DNA of 64,000 bases, taken from positions 1 through 64,000 of IMG/VR virus record IMGVR_UViG_3300013103_000006. The stretch is one strand, 5' to 3'. Positions 26,102 through 36,584 of the stretch are shown one piece after another; within the stretch, counting starts at the first letter, position 1, and each line of letters starts with the position of its first letter. Under the pieces are notes generated by a model, which saw only the letters and a program-made list of their open reading frames with translations, had not been told where the DNA came from and did no database searches. The position numbers were made by a program, and so were the translations under genes. The stretch comes from a virus. Lineage: Duplodnaviria; Caudoviricetes.

Positions 26102-26526
26102 ATTGGCTATTCATTCCTATATTTATATTCTGCTGGGTTGTATCATTTCTGTTACATGAGTTAGGTCAAGCTCTCGAAGCCCTCAGACAGGGAAAGAATA
26201 CAGCAACGATTAAAATATCTAAGAAGCCTCCATTTATGTATACTCTAGCTGGATATCTACCATATCGTCCACTCTATCTATTAGCTGGAGGAGGATTCGC
26301 CGGCACAGTCATGCTCTTGGTTGGTTTGATTTCATTTATGCTTGGATGCTTTTTGTTTACTGCAGCATTCTTAACTATGGTTATAGTACAGTACCTCTAT
26401 GCTATCTTTGAAGTATTGTTCATCGATATTTTATCAGAACGAGCTTATAACACCTATAGGTTTATTCTATATGGAATGTTAGTTGTGATATCAATTGCTA
26501 TCTGCAGTATTAGCGGATTAATATGA
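26098..26526 (+). CDS. membrane protein, degenerate M50-like (HELGQ)
   Basis: FLLHELGQ, LAGGG, several TM segments. Confidence 0.55.
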   Translation: MNWLFIPIFIFCWVVSFLLHELGQALEALRQGKNTATIKISKKPPFMYTLAGYLPYRPLYLLAGGGFAGTVMLLVGLISFMLGCFLFTAAFLTMVIVQYLYAIFEVLFIDILSERAYNTYRFILYGMLVVISIAICSISGLI

Positions 26527-27038
26527 ATGATATACTACTTGCCGGAATATCAGTTCTACATATCGCTCTTTTAATCTTCATGATAGTCAAAACCAAAAAC
26601 TGGTTTGATAAACTGGATAATCACGTAGAGGCAATGGATAGACACATTTCATACATTGACTCTCATGTTAAGTCTCTAAGTAGAATAGGAGACAAATATG
26701 TATATCTACTTAATTTCTATGCTCTAGATATTCCTGATTTAAAAATCTATCTGCTTCATGACAAGAAATTCTCAGAGGATGAATTCAGAAGCATGATTCA
26801 TGAGGCAGTCAAATCTATTGTGAGGAAAACAAAATCAAGATATGTAGCATTGATTTATAAATACCATGATATTGTTACATATCTAAAGAATAACTTTGGC
26901 TTCGAGGAAATCTCTCCTATCATAAACTGGGAGATAATCGGAGATGCTAATATCTTGGAAGATAATCAAAGAGTCATGCAATATGATAAGAACTATAAAT
27001 ATTTAAGAGAGTTTTTGAAGGAGGTGAATAATGAATAA
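26523..27038 (+). CDS. N-anchored hypothetical protein
   Basis: N-terminal TM then coiled segment. Confidence 0.65.
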   Translation: MNDILLAGISVLHIALLIFMIVKTKNWFDKLDNHVEAMDRHISYIDSHVKSLSRIGDKYVYLLNFYALDIPDLKIYLLHDKKFSEDEFRSMIHEAVKSIVRKTKSRYVALIYKYHDIVTYLKNNFGFEEISPIINWEIIGDANILEDNQRVMQYDKNYKYLREFLKEVNNE

Positions 27039-27333
27039 ACAATATTTCCTACCTATATTCTCTATAGTGTTAGCTATCTTAATGAGCATCAAACTCTTAA
27101 AAATGGATGTTGGTATCCTGTCCATTATATGCTATATCGCTGAGGTACTAGGGATTACTTTGTTAATTCTTTTCGGGTTGTTTTTGATGATTGCGTCAAG
27201 AGCTTTCTCCAAACTTGATACTCTACTTAATTCACTTAATCAGAAGTCCTTTGATGACTGGTTCAAGGAATTCGGTAAGATTGAAATCCGATTCGGCGAT
27301 GGAAATGAGGATTCAACTATTAAATCTGATTAG
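27031..27333 (+). CDS. membrane protein
   Basis: Two TM segments, GGAGGTGA RBS. Confidence 0.6.
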   Translation: MNKQYFLPIFSIVLAILMSIKLLKMDVGILSIICYIAEVLGITLLILFGLFLMIASRAFSKLDTLLNSLNQKSFDDWFKEFGKIEIRFGDGNEDSTIKSD

Positions 27334-27473
27334 AAGAGCAATTGGATATTCGATGATTTGTATCAGTGGCTACTTCCTCAGTAACACAGAGTTCTTTGAT
27401 GTCTCCAACTTAAATTTCTGGATTGGTGAATGTTTGTTGTTCTTTGGTATAATAAGCGTAGAATGGTGAGATT

Positions 27474-27824
27474 ATGAATGCATTTCCAATCACTCTCAAA
27501 GTGGATGGAAAGACTCCAGCTGATGTTACGGAAATATTAATTTTTGAAAATCGACCTCATAACATAGTCTATGCATCTTATGTCATAGAGCCAGATGATA
27601 AGTTTGGTCAACTATATGTAAAATGTTCTAATGGCTCAGAATACACAATATCAGCTAGCGGGAAAGTAGATATACATCATGGCAAATGGAGAGTGGTGTC
27701 AGAATATAATACACCATTATCAACTAAAATCTATTATAATAACCAAGAGATAACTGGTGTGAAAAGCATATTCTGGAAAAGTGATGCAAATCTTGATTTG
27801 AATGACTTGGAAATTAGTGTATAG
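27474..27824 (+). CDS. hypothetical protein
   Basis: 116 aa, GGTGAG RBS. Confidence 0.65.
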   Translation: MNAFPITLKVDGKTPADVTEILIFENRPHNIVYASYVIEPDDKFGQLYVKCSNGSEYTISASGKVDIHHGKWRVVSEYNTPLSTKIYYNNQEITGVKSIFWKSDANLDLNDLEISV

Positions 27825-27850
27825 TTAGCAAGCTAACTGGAGGAGATGAA

Positions 27851-28741
27851 ATGATATTAATCCTTTGGGATTCTCTCAGAATCGATGCAACTGAACCACT
27901 AAAGGGAATATTTAAGGAAGAATCTTGGTCATCATTTCGGTCTGTAGCAGGATTTACAGCTCCTGTGGTTGCTTCTGTAATTACAGGTAAGACCCCTGAG
28001 GAACTAGGTATGAGTAGGGATGTCTCTGACTTCTGGAAGCCTTTAAATCCTGAAAAAATAGATGATATCCTATTTGACCATTTTGATTCCTACATAAGCC
28101 TTGGTAGATTAATAGGCCCAGAAACCGCATGCTGTCCTCTACCACCATCTAGAAGAGGAAAGTATAAATTCATGCCTCCAATCAAATGGAACGCAGTCTC
28201 GAATTGGGATATTGATATATTCAGGTATGTTGGTATAAAGTGGAGTATGGCTACAAAGAAATGGTGGGATTTAATATACTGGCATTCCTTTGTAACCCAT
28301 GGCCCTTGGTCTATATATGACTCTATGGGAACTAAAGAGAGCCCAGAGGTAAGAAATTGTGATAGACTCATGCAAAGATTAGCTAGAAGCGATAAGAAAG
28401 CTTTATGGGATTGGTATATGAAAGGGGTTTACTATGCAGCAGAAACCCTTAGAGCTATAAATGATATTTGTGGTGGGATGGAAACTATAATCTGTTTTGC
28501 TGATCACGGTGAGGCATTAGGAGAAGAAGTTAATGGAGAACCTATAACTGGACATTTCCCTGGAATGCATAACCATCCTGTCTTGGGAACCGTGCCAATC
28601 TGGATCAATAAGAAGGAGAAGATACCTAATGATATTTCTCATGTCACTCTTAAAGATTGGGTAGTCAAAATGTATAAGAAATATGAGCTAGATAATTCAG
28701 AATATCAGGAATGGAAGGAGAGGAAAATTAAATGCAAGTAA
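27851..28741 (+). CDS. alkaline phosphatase/sulfatase-superfamily protein
   Basis: LWDSLR.D, FTAPVVAS, H..THGP, FADHGE, GH, VP. Confidence 0.8.
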   Translation: MILILWDSLRIDATEPLKGIFKEESWSSFRSVAGFTAPVVASVITGKTPEELGMSRDVSDFWKPLNPEKIDDILFDHFDSYISLGRLIGPETACCPLPPSRRGKYKFMPPIKWNAVSNWDIDIFRYVGIKWSMATKKWWDLIYWHSFVTHGPWSIYDSMGTKESPEVRNCDRLMQRLARSDKKALWDWYMKGVYYAAETLRAINDICGGMETIICFADHGEALGEEVNGEPITGHFPGMHNHPVLGTVPIWINKKEKIPNDISHVTLKDWVVKMYKKYELDNSEYQEWKERKIKCK

Positions 28742-28911
28742 AGCGAATCAATGAAAATCATATAGAAATATTATTCGAGGATGAAGGAGAAAGTAAGGTA
28801 TTCAGGGAGGCTCTCAGATGGAATGACAAATATACATTGAAATCTATAATCTGTGAATTAAAAGGATACAGCATACCAGATGAAGAGATTAATGGCGAGG
28901 ATTGGATATGA
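28732..28911 (+). CDS. 59-aa hypothetical protein (below ORF-track cutoff)
   Basis: MQVKRINENHIEILFEDE...; overlaps both neighbours. Confidence 0.5.
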   Translation: MQVKRINENHIEILFEDEGESKVFREALRWNDKYTLKSIICELKGYSIPDEEINGEDWI

Positions 28912-29303
28912 AAAAATTAGATTTCATTACTTTCTCAAGCTGGATTCTGATATTAGGAAGCTACATCCTAGCGGGAGGTCTAGGTAGTGTTATCGCTCTC
29001 TCGATATTCGGAAATAAGATACTTTGGCCAGAAATTATATTGGCTACTATAGGAACCATTCTATATACATATAAAGGAATCTCTTATTTAGCAGATGATA
29101 TCTTCTGGCAGAGTTCTATATCAGCGTTAGACGGCAGTGTTTCTCTCTGGCTCCATGATAGAGGTAACTCTCTTAACTATTTTAACATCTCGAAGAAAAA
29201 ATTTGCTGCTATACTTTATCTCTTCGATAAAGAAGCATATGAGGTTACAAGTGAGGATTTGGAAAAGATAGAATGTATTAAACAACTGTTCAATAAGTTA
29301 TAA
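28902..29303 (+). CDS. membrane protein
   Basis: Two N-terminal TM segments. Confidence 0.6.
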   Translation: MDMKKLDFITFSSWILILGSYILAGGLGSVIALSIFGNKILWPEIILATIGTILYTYKGISYLADDIFWQSSISALDGSVSLWLHDRGNSLNYFNISKKKFAAILYLFDKEAYEVTSEDLEKIECIKQLFNKL

Positions 29304-29312
29304 GGCGATGAT

Positions 29313-29609
29313 ATGACATCTTGGATTTGGACAGATTCATCTACAACTAATAAATGGAAAGATTTAACCCAATCTTGGTCATGTGGAGACACTGTTTATA
29401 AATACTACATAACTGGTTCATCAACTTTAGATCCTGAGGTTATAGTTGCTCCTTATTTAGACAAGAAATATAAATATATCTGCAAGGATAATGTGGAGAT
29501 AACACTCACAGTCAGAGAGAAAATCATCATAGAGGGCATTCTTGGTAAATCAATTGAGGAGTGTACAAAAGAGGATATTGAAACAGCACGGTCATTAATA
29601 AAATTATAA
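29313..29609 (+). CDS. hypothetical protein
   Basis: 98 aa. Confidence 0.6.
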   Translation: MTSWIWTDSSTTNKWKDLTQSWSCGDTVYKYYITGSSTLDPEVIVAPYLDKKYKYICKDNVEITLTVREKIIIEGILGKSIEECTKEDIETARSLIKL

Positions 29610-29647
29610 ATGTTTAGCTATATTGTCTTAAAAAAGGAGGTGAGTAT

Positions 29648-30082
29648 ATGGGAGTGGATGTTGATATTTGGGTAAAGGAAGAAGACCTAAAAAGAATGAT
29701 TAAAAATGAATTTCTGTGGCATTTCTTGCCTCTAGTTAAACTTGGCTTCATGAGATGGTATAGATTTGAATGGATGTTTGGATTAGATGATGCTAATTTC
29801 TACTATGACAGAGAAGTGACATCTAAAGATTTGCTTAAACACTTAGCCTCCAATCCAAATGTTGGAAAAAATACAGAGGAAGATGAAGAGACACCCAAGC
29901 TTGATAGAGAGTTATGGGCAGAAATATTATCGGAATATGATATAGTATTTTGTCCTGATGACCATGATTTCGATAAAGAAGGCTATATCGATCTCATGAA
30001 ATATTATCGTAATATAGAGCATGAAGTGGATAGAAATTTTGAGAAATATGCCAATGATGCATATGCGAGTAAAGGTGACTGA
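29648..30082 (+). CDS. hypothetical protein
   Basis: AAAGGAGGTGA RBS; MGVDVDIW. Confidence 0.7.
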   Translation: MGVDVDIWVKEEDLKRMIKNEFLWHFLPLVKLGFMRWYRFEWMFGLDDANFYYDREVTSKDLLKHLASNPNVGKNTEEDEETPKLDRELWAEILSEYDIVFCPDDHDFDKEGYIDLMKYYRNIEHEVDRNFEKYANDAYASKGD

Positions 30083-30359
30083 TGAATACGCTATAATTCG
30101 TTACAATAATGGTGAGGATATATGGAATGCATTCCAAATGATTAGAGAATTTACACCCAGATTAAAACACTTTACAGTGAGCGATAGCAAAAAACACATA
30201 GTCATTCGCTTCTCTTCCTTCGATGAAAAACAGAAATTCTTAGATACTGTGAAGAAATATGATGATAGGATTTCTTCATTATATGTAGATGGAAGAAGAA
30301 TTAAGTTGATTAAGGATGGGAGGTTGATTATAAGTGAAAATACCAGAAGAAACGCTTAA
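30021..30359 (+). CDS. hypothetical protein
   Basis: Fills the operon between 30082 and the RNR; start uncertain. Confidence 0.55.
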   Translation: MKWIEILRNMPMMHMRVKVTDEYAIIRYNNGEDIWNAFQMIREFTPRLKHFTVSDSKKHIVIRFSSFDEKQKFLDTVKKYDDRISSLYVDGRRIKLIKDGRLIISENTRRNA

Positions 30360-32181
30360 ATTCTTTGATGGAGAAAAGATTAGAGCTAGAGTGTTTCTTG
30401 ATAAATACGCATTGCGAGATAAAAGAGATAATTTATTGGAATGTACTCCAAAGGAAATGTGGAAACGAGTAGCGAGTGCTATAGCATCTGTTGAGAATGA
30501 ATTTGAAAAATGGAGAAAGGAATTTCTATGGGCTCTCACTGATTTCAAATTTGTTCCTGGAGGAAGAATAAATTTCGGAGCTGGAAATAATACCGTTAGA
30601 AATTCTCTTACTAACTGTTATGTCATACCGATTGAAGATGATTCTATAGAAGGTATATTTGAAGCTATGAAGAAGCAAGCGAGAACTTATTCTTATGGTG
30701 GAGGGGTTGGAATAGATATTTCGGCATTAAGACCAAGAGGAGCGAAGGTAAATAATACAGCTAAATATTCCACAGGAGCAGCTTCTTTCATGGATATCTT
30801 CTCTGAGGTCACTGGCACCATAGGACAGTATAATAGACGAGGAGCACTGCTCTTGACTATTGATATTCAGCATCCTGATGTTGAAGAGTTTATAGAAGCT
30901 AAATCTGATCCAGAAAGAAGAAATGTTAGGTTTGCTAATGTTTCGGTCAAGATTAGAAATGCATTTTTAGAAGCTGTCGTGAAGGATAGAGATTGGCTTC
31001 TTTGGTATCCTGATGTAACTGATATACGATATTCCTCTGAAGCCATAAGAGTCAAGGACATCTATGAGTGCTTCGAGCATCCAGAGGAAACATTCTTTCA
31101 TGTAGATGGAGAAGAATTTATAAGAGTTAAGAAAGTTTATAAGATAGTTAAGGCTAAAGAACTATGGGAAAAGATAGTAAAATATGCATGGGCTACTGCA
31201 GAGCCAGGAATATTATATTGGGACACAGTCAAGAGGTATTCTAACTCAGAATATTTCCAGCCAATAATAACTTGTAATCCTTGTTCTGAGTTGCCCTTGC
31301 CAGCATATGGAAATTGTTGCTTGGGTCATATAAATTTATCAAAGATAGTTATTAATCCATATAAAAATCCAAAAATTAATTGGAAACTCTTAGAACGTTT
31401 AGTGCAAATTGGAGTTAGATTCCTAGATGACGTTATAACTTATTCTGTTGGTAAACATCCTCTACCTGAGCAGAATAAAGTAGCTGAGGAAGGTAGGCGT
31501 ATAGGCTTAGGCATAACTGGATTAGCAGATTTCCTGATGAGAATGAAGCTAAGATATGATTCTAATGAAGCATTAGAGCTTGTAGATAAAGTTATGGATT
31601 TCATTAAAAACAAAGCATATATAACATCAGCCCAGTTAGCAAGAGAGAAAAATCCATTTCCGAAATTTAAATTAAATGAAATCATGAAATCAGAATTTAT
31701 TAAGAATTTATCAGAGGAAGTCAAAGAGGAAATTAGAAAATATGGCTTGAGGAACATAACTATTCTAACGGTAGCTCCAGTCGGAACCGGTTCTATCCTA
31801 GCAGGAACCACATCTGGCATTGAGCCACTTTTTGCAAAGAAATATCTTAGGAGATCGGAGAGCTTAAAAGAGAAAAAATTCTATCTACATGACCACTCTC
31901 TGAGGGAGCTAATTAAATTATATGGAATAGATAATCTTCCAGACTATGTAGTTAGTGCTTATGAGATAGACCCATTTAAGAGAGTTAAGATGCAAGCTAT
32001 TGTTCAAAGACATGTCGATTCGTCTATATCATCTACAGTGAATTTGCCAAAAGACTTTCCTGCAGAGAAGCTCAACGACCTGTTTTTATATGGCTGGAAG
32101 GAAGGACTAAAGGGCTTAACTATCTATAGAGAAGGAAGTAGAGAAGGAATATTAATATCAATGGATAAAGGAGGTGAATAA
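30334..32181 (+). CDS. nrdJ: class II (B12-dependent) ribonucleotide reductase
   Basis: PGGR, TNCYV, GGGVG, NPCSE, CCLG, VAPVGT, SGIEP, KGLTIYREGSR; no beta-subunit gene nearby. Confidence 0.9.
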   Translation: MKIPEETLKFFDGEKIRARVFLDKYALRDKRDNLLECTPKEMWKRVASAIASVENEFEKWRKEFLWALTDFKFVPGGRINFGAGNNTVRNSLTNCYVIPIEDDSIEGIFEAMKKQARTYSYGGGVGIDISALRPRGAKVNNTAKYSTGAASFMDIFSEVTGTIGQYNRRGALLLTIDIQHPDVEEFIEAKSDPERRNVRFANVSVKIRNAFLEAVVKDRDWLLWYPDVTDIRYSSEAIRVKDIYECFEHPEETFFHVDGEEFIRVKKVYKIVKAKELWEKIVKYAWATAEPGILYWDTVKRYSNSEYFQPIITCNPCSELPLPAYGNCCLGHINLSKIVINPYKNPKINWKLLERLVQIGVRFLDDVITYSVGKHPLPEQNKVAEEGRRIGLGITGLADFLMRMKLRYDSNEALELVDKVMDFIKNKAYITSAQLAREKNPFPKFKLNEIMKSEFIKNLSEEVKEEIRKYGLRNITILTVAPVGTGSILAGTTSGIEPLFAKKYLRRSESLKEKKFYLHDHSLRELIKLYGIDNLPDYVVSAYEIDPFKRVKMQAIVQRHVDSSISSTVNLPKDFPAEKLNDLFLYGWKEGLKGLTIYREGSREGILISMDKGGE

Positions 32182-32832
32182 TTGGCATTATTTGATTTAT
32201 TTAAGAAGAAGGATTTAATAGAGATTTCAATGGAAGATTTGGAAAGAGTTGCTAAAGAAACAGCTCAAGCTTGGGAGGATGTCATAAGAGAAACTACTAA
32301 ATCATATCTCGAACAATTTAAACAAGAAGTGAAAAAATATATCGATAAGAAGCTAGCATCATGCAAGAAAAAGAAGAAACCGAGTAGAAGATTTGAAGTT
32401 GTTCGTGATGAGTATAGAAAGCATCCAAATAAAGAAATTAAACTACCAACCAGAGCTACAGCTAACTCAGCTGGATATGACTTTTATTCTAATGAAACTA
32501 TTATGATTCCGCCAGGCTCTTATCATGTCTTCTGGACAGATGTTAAAGTAAAATTAGAGAAAGATGAGTTTCTCATGATAGTTCCTCGCTCATCAGTTGC
32601 TACCCAAAAGAACCTGATATTAGCGAATTCAGTTGGAATCATAGACGCTGATTATTATAATAATCCCGATAATGATGGTAATATTGGCATATGGTTGATT
32701 AACACGTCTAATAACCAGACTGCAACTATAAAAGAAGGAGAAAGAATAGCTCAAGGAATAATTTTGAAATATTTTGCCTCTGATAAAACCCAAGGTAAAA
32801 GAGGTGGAGGTTTTGGCTCTACGGGTAGGTAA
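32182..32832 (+). CDS. dut: trimeric dUTPase with about 70-aa N-terminal helical extension
   Basis: SAGYDF, PRSS, GIIDADY, RIAQGI, RGGGFGSTG. Confidence 0.95.
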   Translation: MALFDLFKKKDLIEISMEDLERVAKETAQAWEDVIRETTKSYLEQFKQEVKKYIDKKLASCKKKKKPSRRFEVVRDEYRKHPNKEIKLPTRATANSAGYDFYSNETIMIPPGSYHVFWTDVKVKLEKDEFLMIVPRSSVATQKNLILANSVGIIDADYYNNPDNDGNIGIWLINTSNNQTATIKEGERIAQGIILKYFASDKTQGKRGGGFGSTGR

Positions 32833-33442
32833 TTCTAAAGGATACTTCAATTTGACTGAGCTAATAATATCTAGTAACTGGAATACTCTAATAGTCTTGG
32901 ATTCTTGTTCATATAAACTATTCAAACAGGAGTGCACTCTTAATGGACTTCTCTATAGAGCACAGAGTAAAGGTCATGACACCACTACGTTCTATGAAAG
33001 CCTGCCATCTCTGAAATATGTGACTCTATATTCTGCTAATGAACAGTTATGTAAAAACCGAGCTATAAAGAGAAAATTTAAGGAGGTAATACCGAGTAAG
33101 AATTCTTATATCTGGGATAATCTTTTAGAGGCTCAGTCTATAGATGAGCGTATCATTATTCAAACTTTGCTTCCAAGACTACCAAATCAAGGAGAATATG
33201 CTGATTTATGGTTTAAATTAAAGGAAAAGCATAAGCTAGACACCACAAAATTCTATGATATTATTGAAAAGCAAAATATAAAAACAAACGACGTATTAGC
33301 CTCTAATTTACGAGTAGCACTTCAAGCGATAGGGAAAAATATAGATAAATTAGAAAGACCAGTAGTTATAACGTCTAGTCATGGTTATCCTTCTAAGCAA
33401 GAGGAGGATATTCATATTGTCCCTTGGTTTATTGTTGATTAA
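32774..33442 (+). CDS. degenerate alkaline-phosphatase-superfamily protein
   Basis: LIVLDSCSY, S.G..T, ITSSHG, IVPW; start probably TTG 32852. Confidence 0.55.
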   Translation: MPLIKPKVKEVEVLALRVGNSKGYFNLTELIISSNWNTLIVLDSCSYKLFKQECTLNGLLYRAQSKGHDTTTFYESLPSLKYVTLYSANEQLCKNRAIKRKFKEVIPSKNSYIWDNLLEAQSIDERIIIQTLLPRLPNQGEYADLWFKLKEKHKLDTTKFYDIIEKQNIKTNDVLASNLRVALQAIGKNIDKLERPVVITSSHGYPSKQEEDIHIVPWFIVD

Positions 33443-33457
33443 AATACGTGATGCTTC

Positions 33458-33649
33458 ATGCTATGCCCTAAATGTCATTCTCAAACTACTGTTGAAAAAA
33501 CTATCACTAAACAAGATAGAGTATTTAGATACAGGAGATGTAAGACATGTGGATATGGATTTACTACTATCGAAGAAATATCAAATGGACAGGATTTCAA
33601 GTTCATACTAAGACGCATAAAGAGTATCGTTGATCAGGTGGATGTATGA
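33458..33649 (+). CDS. zinc-ribbon protein (NrdR N-terminal/Ogr-like)
   Basis: CPKC...RYRRCKTCGYGFTTIE. Confidence 0.7.
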   Translation: MLCPKCHSQTTVEKTITKQDRVFRYRRCKTCGYGFTTIEEISNGQDFKFILRRIKSIVDQVDV

Positions 33650-34758
33650 AGCCATCGACATCTATCATTATCAAGACTAACAGGAAAGAGAGAGATACTT
33701 CATTTACTCAGTGGAAGAAAAAACTATCTCAGGGAAAGATTCAACAATCATTGCTATGGGAGGATAAGGATCAGGTATTCGAAAATAATATCATGAAGTC
33801 AAGGAGTTTCATAGAACCAACCCTTCGGTCTTTAACCGAACAAGAATATGATGATTTTGAAGTTGTCTTAGTTTATAGAGGCATTAGTCATAAGACTCTT
33901 GAGCTCGCAAATAGCTACCGGCATTACCTCAATTTAAAGATAGTACCAGAGAAGCATTCAATATGGCATGAACTTGGAGATGAATATTGCACTATATCAA
34001 ATGCAATCAATACAGGAATCATATATGCTGATGGAGAGCTGTTGATATCAACAGATGACTGTTCTATATTTCCACCTAAGTTAGTAGGAGAGATGGCTAA
34101 TCTGTATTTTAAGAAGATGAAATACAGCATACCGCCATACATTAAATACTCGCTCTATAACCCTGCAAAATCCAATCTTGTTCAGGAAGTTAAAATCTCT
34201 GCTAATAAGCTAGATGGATATACAAAAATGAAAGATAAATGGGAGATTCATGAATGGGATGATAATGCAGGGTTATTGAAGGAAACTACTCTATATAACA
34301 AGAAACCAGGTGATATCTTCTATCCAACATATGGCTATTGCTTCTCAGTTAGCCTAGAAGAAGCTCTCTATATTAATGGATTCGATGAGACGTATGATGG
34401 AGCAATGCATGGAGAAGACGGTGATTTTGGAGAAAGACTATCAGTCGTTAGTCCCTATAAAAGAGTAGTGACAGAAAATAAAATCTATTTCTTTGGACAC
34501 AAATACTCTAATGTCAAGAACTATAAACTAGTAAGAGATAATAGAAAATTTAAAGAGTTTATTGGTCAGAGGCCATATCCTCCTGATAAGATAGTTGCCA
34601 ATATTTGGAGACCTACTCAGGAGCAACTGAATGCTTATAGGGAATGGCATCTTAAGATGTATGGTCAACTAGACCCGAACTGGGATAAATGCAAGAATGT
34701 ACCACTCTTTAGACTAAAATCTTTACGTAAACGGCTAAGAACCATTGGAAAATTGTGA
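33646..34758 (+). CDS. GT2-like glycosyltransferase
   Basis: LRSL..Q...DFEVVLV, TDD, NGFDE.YDG...ED.DFG.RL. Confidence 0.8.
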   Translation: MKPSTSIIIKTNRKERDTSFTQWKKKLSQGKIQQSLLWEDKDQVFENNIMKSRSFIEPTLRSLTEQEYDDFEVVLVYRGISHKTLELANSYRHYLNLKIVPEKHSIWHELGDEYCTISNAINTGIIYADGELLISTDDCSIFPPKLVGEMANLYFKKMKYSIPPYIKYSLYNPAKSNLVQEVKISANKLDGYTKMKDKWEIHEWDDNAGLLKETTLYNKKPGDIFYPTYGYCFSVSLEEALYINGFDETYDGAMHGEDGDFGERLSVVSPYKRVVTENKIYFFGHKYSNVKNYKLVRDNRKFKEFIGQRPYPPDKIVANIWRPTQEQLNAYREWHLKMYGQLDPNWDKCKNVPLFRLKSLRKRLRTIGKL

Positions 34759-34831
34759 TAGTCATAGACCTGTTTCTATGTTCCATATTTGGAAAGCTAT
34801 TTATAAATCAAATTCCAAATATGGTAAAAAA

Positions 34832-34888
34832 TGTTACGAAATTAAAGGCCACTGGTATTATACCATTCGAAGGCTTAATTTCGTAACA
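34832..34888. repeat. palindromic element copy 3 (14-bp arms)
   Basis: TGTTACGAAATTAA-N29-TTAATTTCGTAACA, internal ATACCATTC. Confidence 0.9.
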
Positions 34889-34914
34889 CCTTTAGATTCT
34901 CTAGGAGGAAGAGT

Positions 34915-35637
34915 ATGTTAGAGCATCTTGATATCCAAAATATTGGAGATTTAAGAATAATATTTAGGCCAAACTCTAATGATAGAAAAATAATAAGAGA
35001 AATTCTTATGGCAGACTCTTATTTCCTGAAAAAATTCAAAACAAATGAGAATATAAGAGTCATAGATATCGGCTCTCATATAGGAATCTTCTCGTTAGGT
35101 ATAAAGAAACACTGCCCTAACGCTAATGTAATAGGCTATGAGCTGGATGAAGAAAACTATATCCTCTCTTTAATAAACAACGGGCTAAATAATCTGGATA
35201 TCAAATTTTATAATCTAGCTGTCACCCCGTCGAACATCAAACCAGTATCAAGACTCTATCATAATCATAGAAATAAAGGTTCTTATTGTCTCTTATATAA
35301 CGGTGAAGCACAAACGAATGTAAATACCATAGAGATAGATAGAATATTGAAAGATAAATGTGATATTTTAAAGATGGATATAGAAGGTGGTGAGTTTCCG
35401 ATTCTAGAAAATATAGATTTAGAATGGCTGGCAAATCAAGTAAATTATTTTATGATAGAATTCCATGATGATTTTGAATCTAAGACAAAATACAAGCCCT
35501 TGAAATATAAATCGAGTGTAGACGCTATCAATGATTTAATCAAACATTTCAAAATTCTGGCTTATAATAAATATACTGATTTACTCTCTGTTTTGGTATT
35601 TAAGTCTAGACGATATAGGAATGAGGAAAATGAGTGA
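34915..35637 (+). CDS. FkbM-family methyltransferase
   Basis: VIDIGSHIG.FS, YE, LKMDIEGGE, IEFH. Confidence 0.9.
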   Translation: MLEHLDIQNIGDLRIIFRPNSNDRKIIREILMADSYFLKKFKTNENIRVIDIGSHIGIFSLGIKKHCPNANVIGYELDEENYILSLINNGLNNLDIKFYNLAVTPSNIKPVSRLYHNHRNKGSYCLLYNGEAQTNVNTIEIDRILKDKCDILKMDIEGGEFPILENIDLEWLANQVNYFMIEFHDDFESKTKYKPLKYKSSVDAINDLIKHFKILAYNKYTDLLSVLVFKSRRYRNEENE

Positions 35638-35920
35638 AGGTAAGACTATTAAAGATGCTACAAAAGAATTTTATGAATCCACTTTATTCAAGTATATTAA
35701 GAATCAGATTGGCGAAGAGAAAGCATATGATTTAGCTAGCTGGCTAGTTCATTATGCTATGATTACATCGACACTCATTGCAGCAAAAGACATAACTCTT
35801 GACCATGCACTGCTTATACTTCATGGTGAAAAGCTCTCTTTGATTACCAAAGCTCTTAGCACTGTACACAAGAAACTCTCGAAATCAAATGATGAAAAGT
35901 GGGATAGATATATTTGGTAG
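35621..35920 (+). CDS. hypothetical protein
   Basis: 99 aa inside the operon. Confidence 0.55.
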   Translation: MRKMSEGKTIKDATKEFYESTLFKYIKNQIGEEKAYDLASWLVHYAMITSTLIAAKDITLDHALLILHGEKLSLITKALSTVHKKLSKSNDEKWDRYIW

Positions 35921-36584
35921 TCATATGAATGACAAACAGTTTGTTTTGGGTATAGGCACAGGTAGATGTGGAACTAAATCTCTAGCTGTATTACTAGATG
36001 CTCAGAAAGATGTAACTGTTTATCACGAGCTAGCAGACAGAAGTACTATAAGGCATTATGGAGATAAAATATTGCCATGGATTCCAGACTATAACAAAGC
36101 GATTCTTAGACTAGATAGTCTGAGGAGGATTCCTGGTAGAGTGGTAGGTGATGTAGCATTCTATTATCTGAACTATATCTACTTCTTCAAGGAGCATCTG
36201 CCAAACCTAAAGATAATAGTGATGGAAAGAGAAAAGGATAAAGTAGTTTCTTCTTATATAGCTAAGACTCCCGGTAGGAATCACTGGTGCTCATATGAAT
36301 CTGAATGCTGGAAATCAGGGAGATACCATGAGGACAGATGGGATAAGGCTTATCCTAAAATAGATTATGCAAAGACAAAAGAAGAGGCTATAGGTATTTA
36401 CTGGGAGCTCTATAAAAAGAGAGTGGATGCTCTAGAACTAGAATTCAAAGATGATATAATTCGCATCAACGTTAACGATCTTAATAAAGAGACTACTCAA
36501 GAAAAGCTTTTTAATTTCATTGGATTAGATAATTGGAAACATATCTGTGTTCATGTTAACTGGATATTAACAAGGCCATCATGA
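35889..36584 (+). CDS. sulfotransferase-like P-loop protein
   Basis: GIGTGRCGTKSL (PAPS 5'-PSB-like), HE, I..ER....V.S. Confidence 0.7.
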   Translation: MMKSGIDIFGSHMNDKQFVLGIGTGRCGTKSLAVLLDAQKDVTVYHELADRSTIRHYGDKILPWIPDYNKAILRLDSLRRIPGRVVGDVAFYYLNYIYFFKEHLPNLKIIVMEREKDKVVSSYIAKTPGRNHWCSYESECWKSGRYHEDRWDKAYPKIDYAKTKEEAIGIYWELYKKRVDALELEFKDDIIRINVNDLNKETTQEKLFNFIGLDNWKHICVHVNWILTRPS

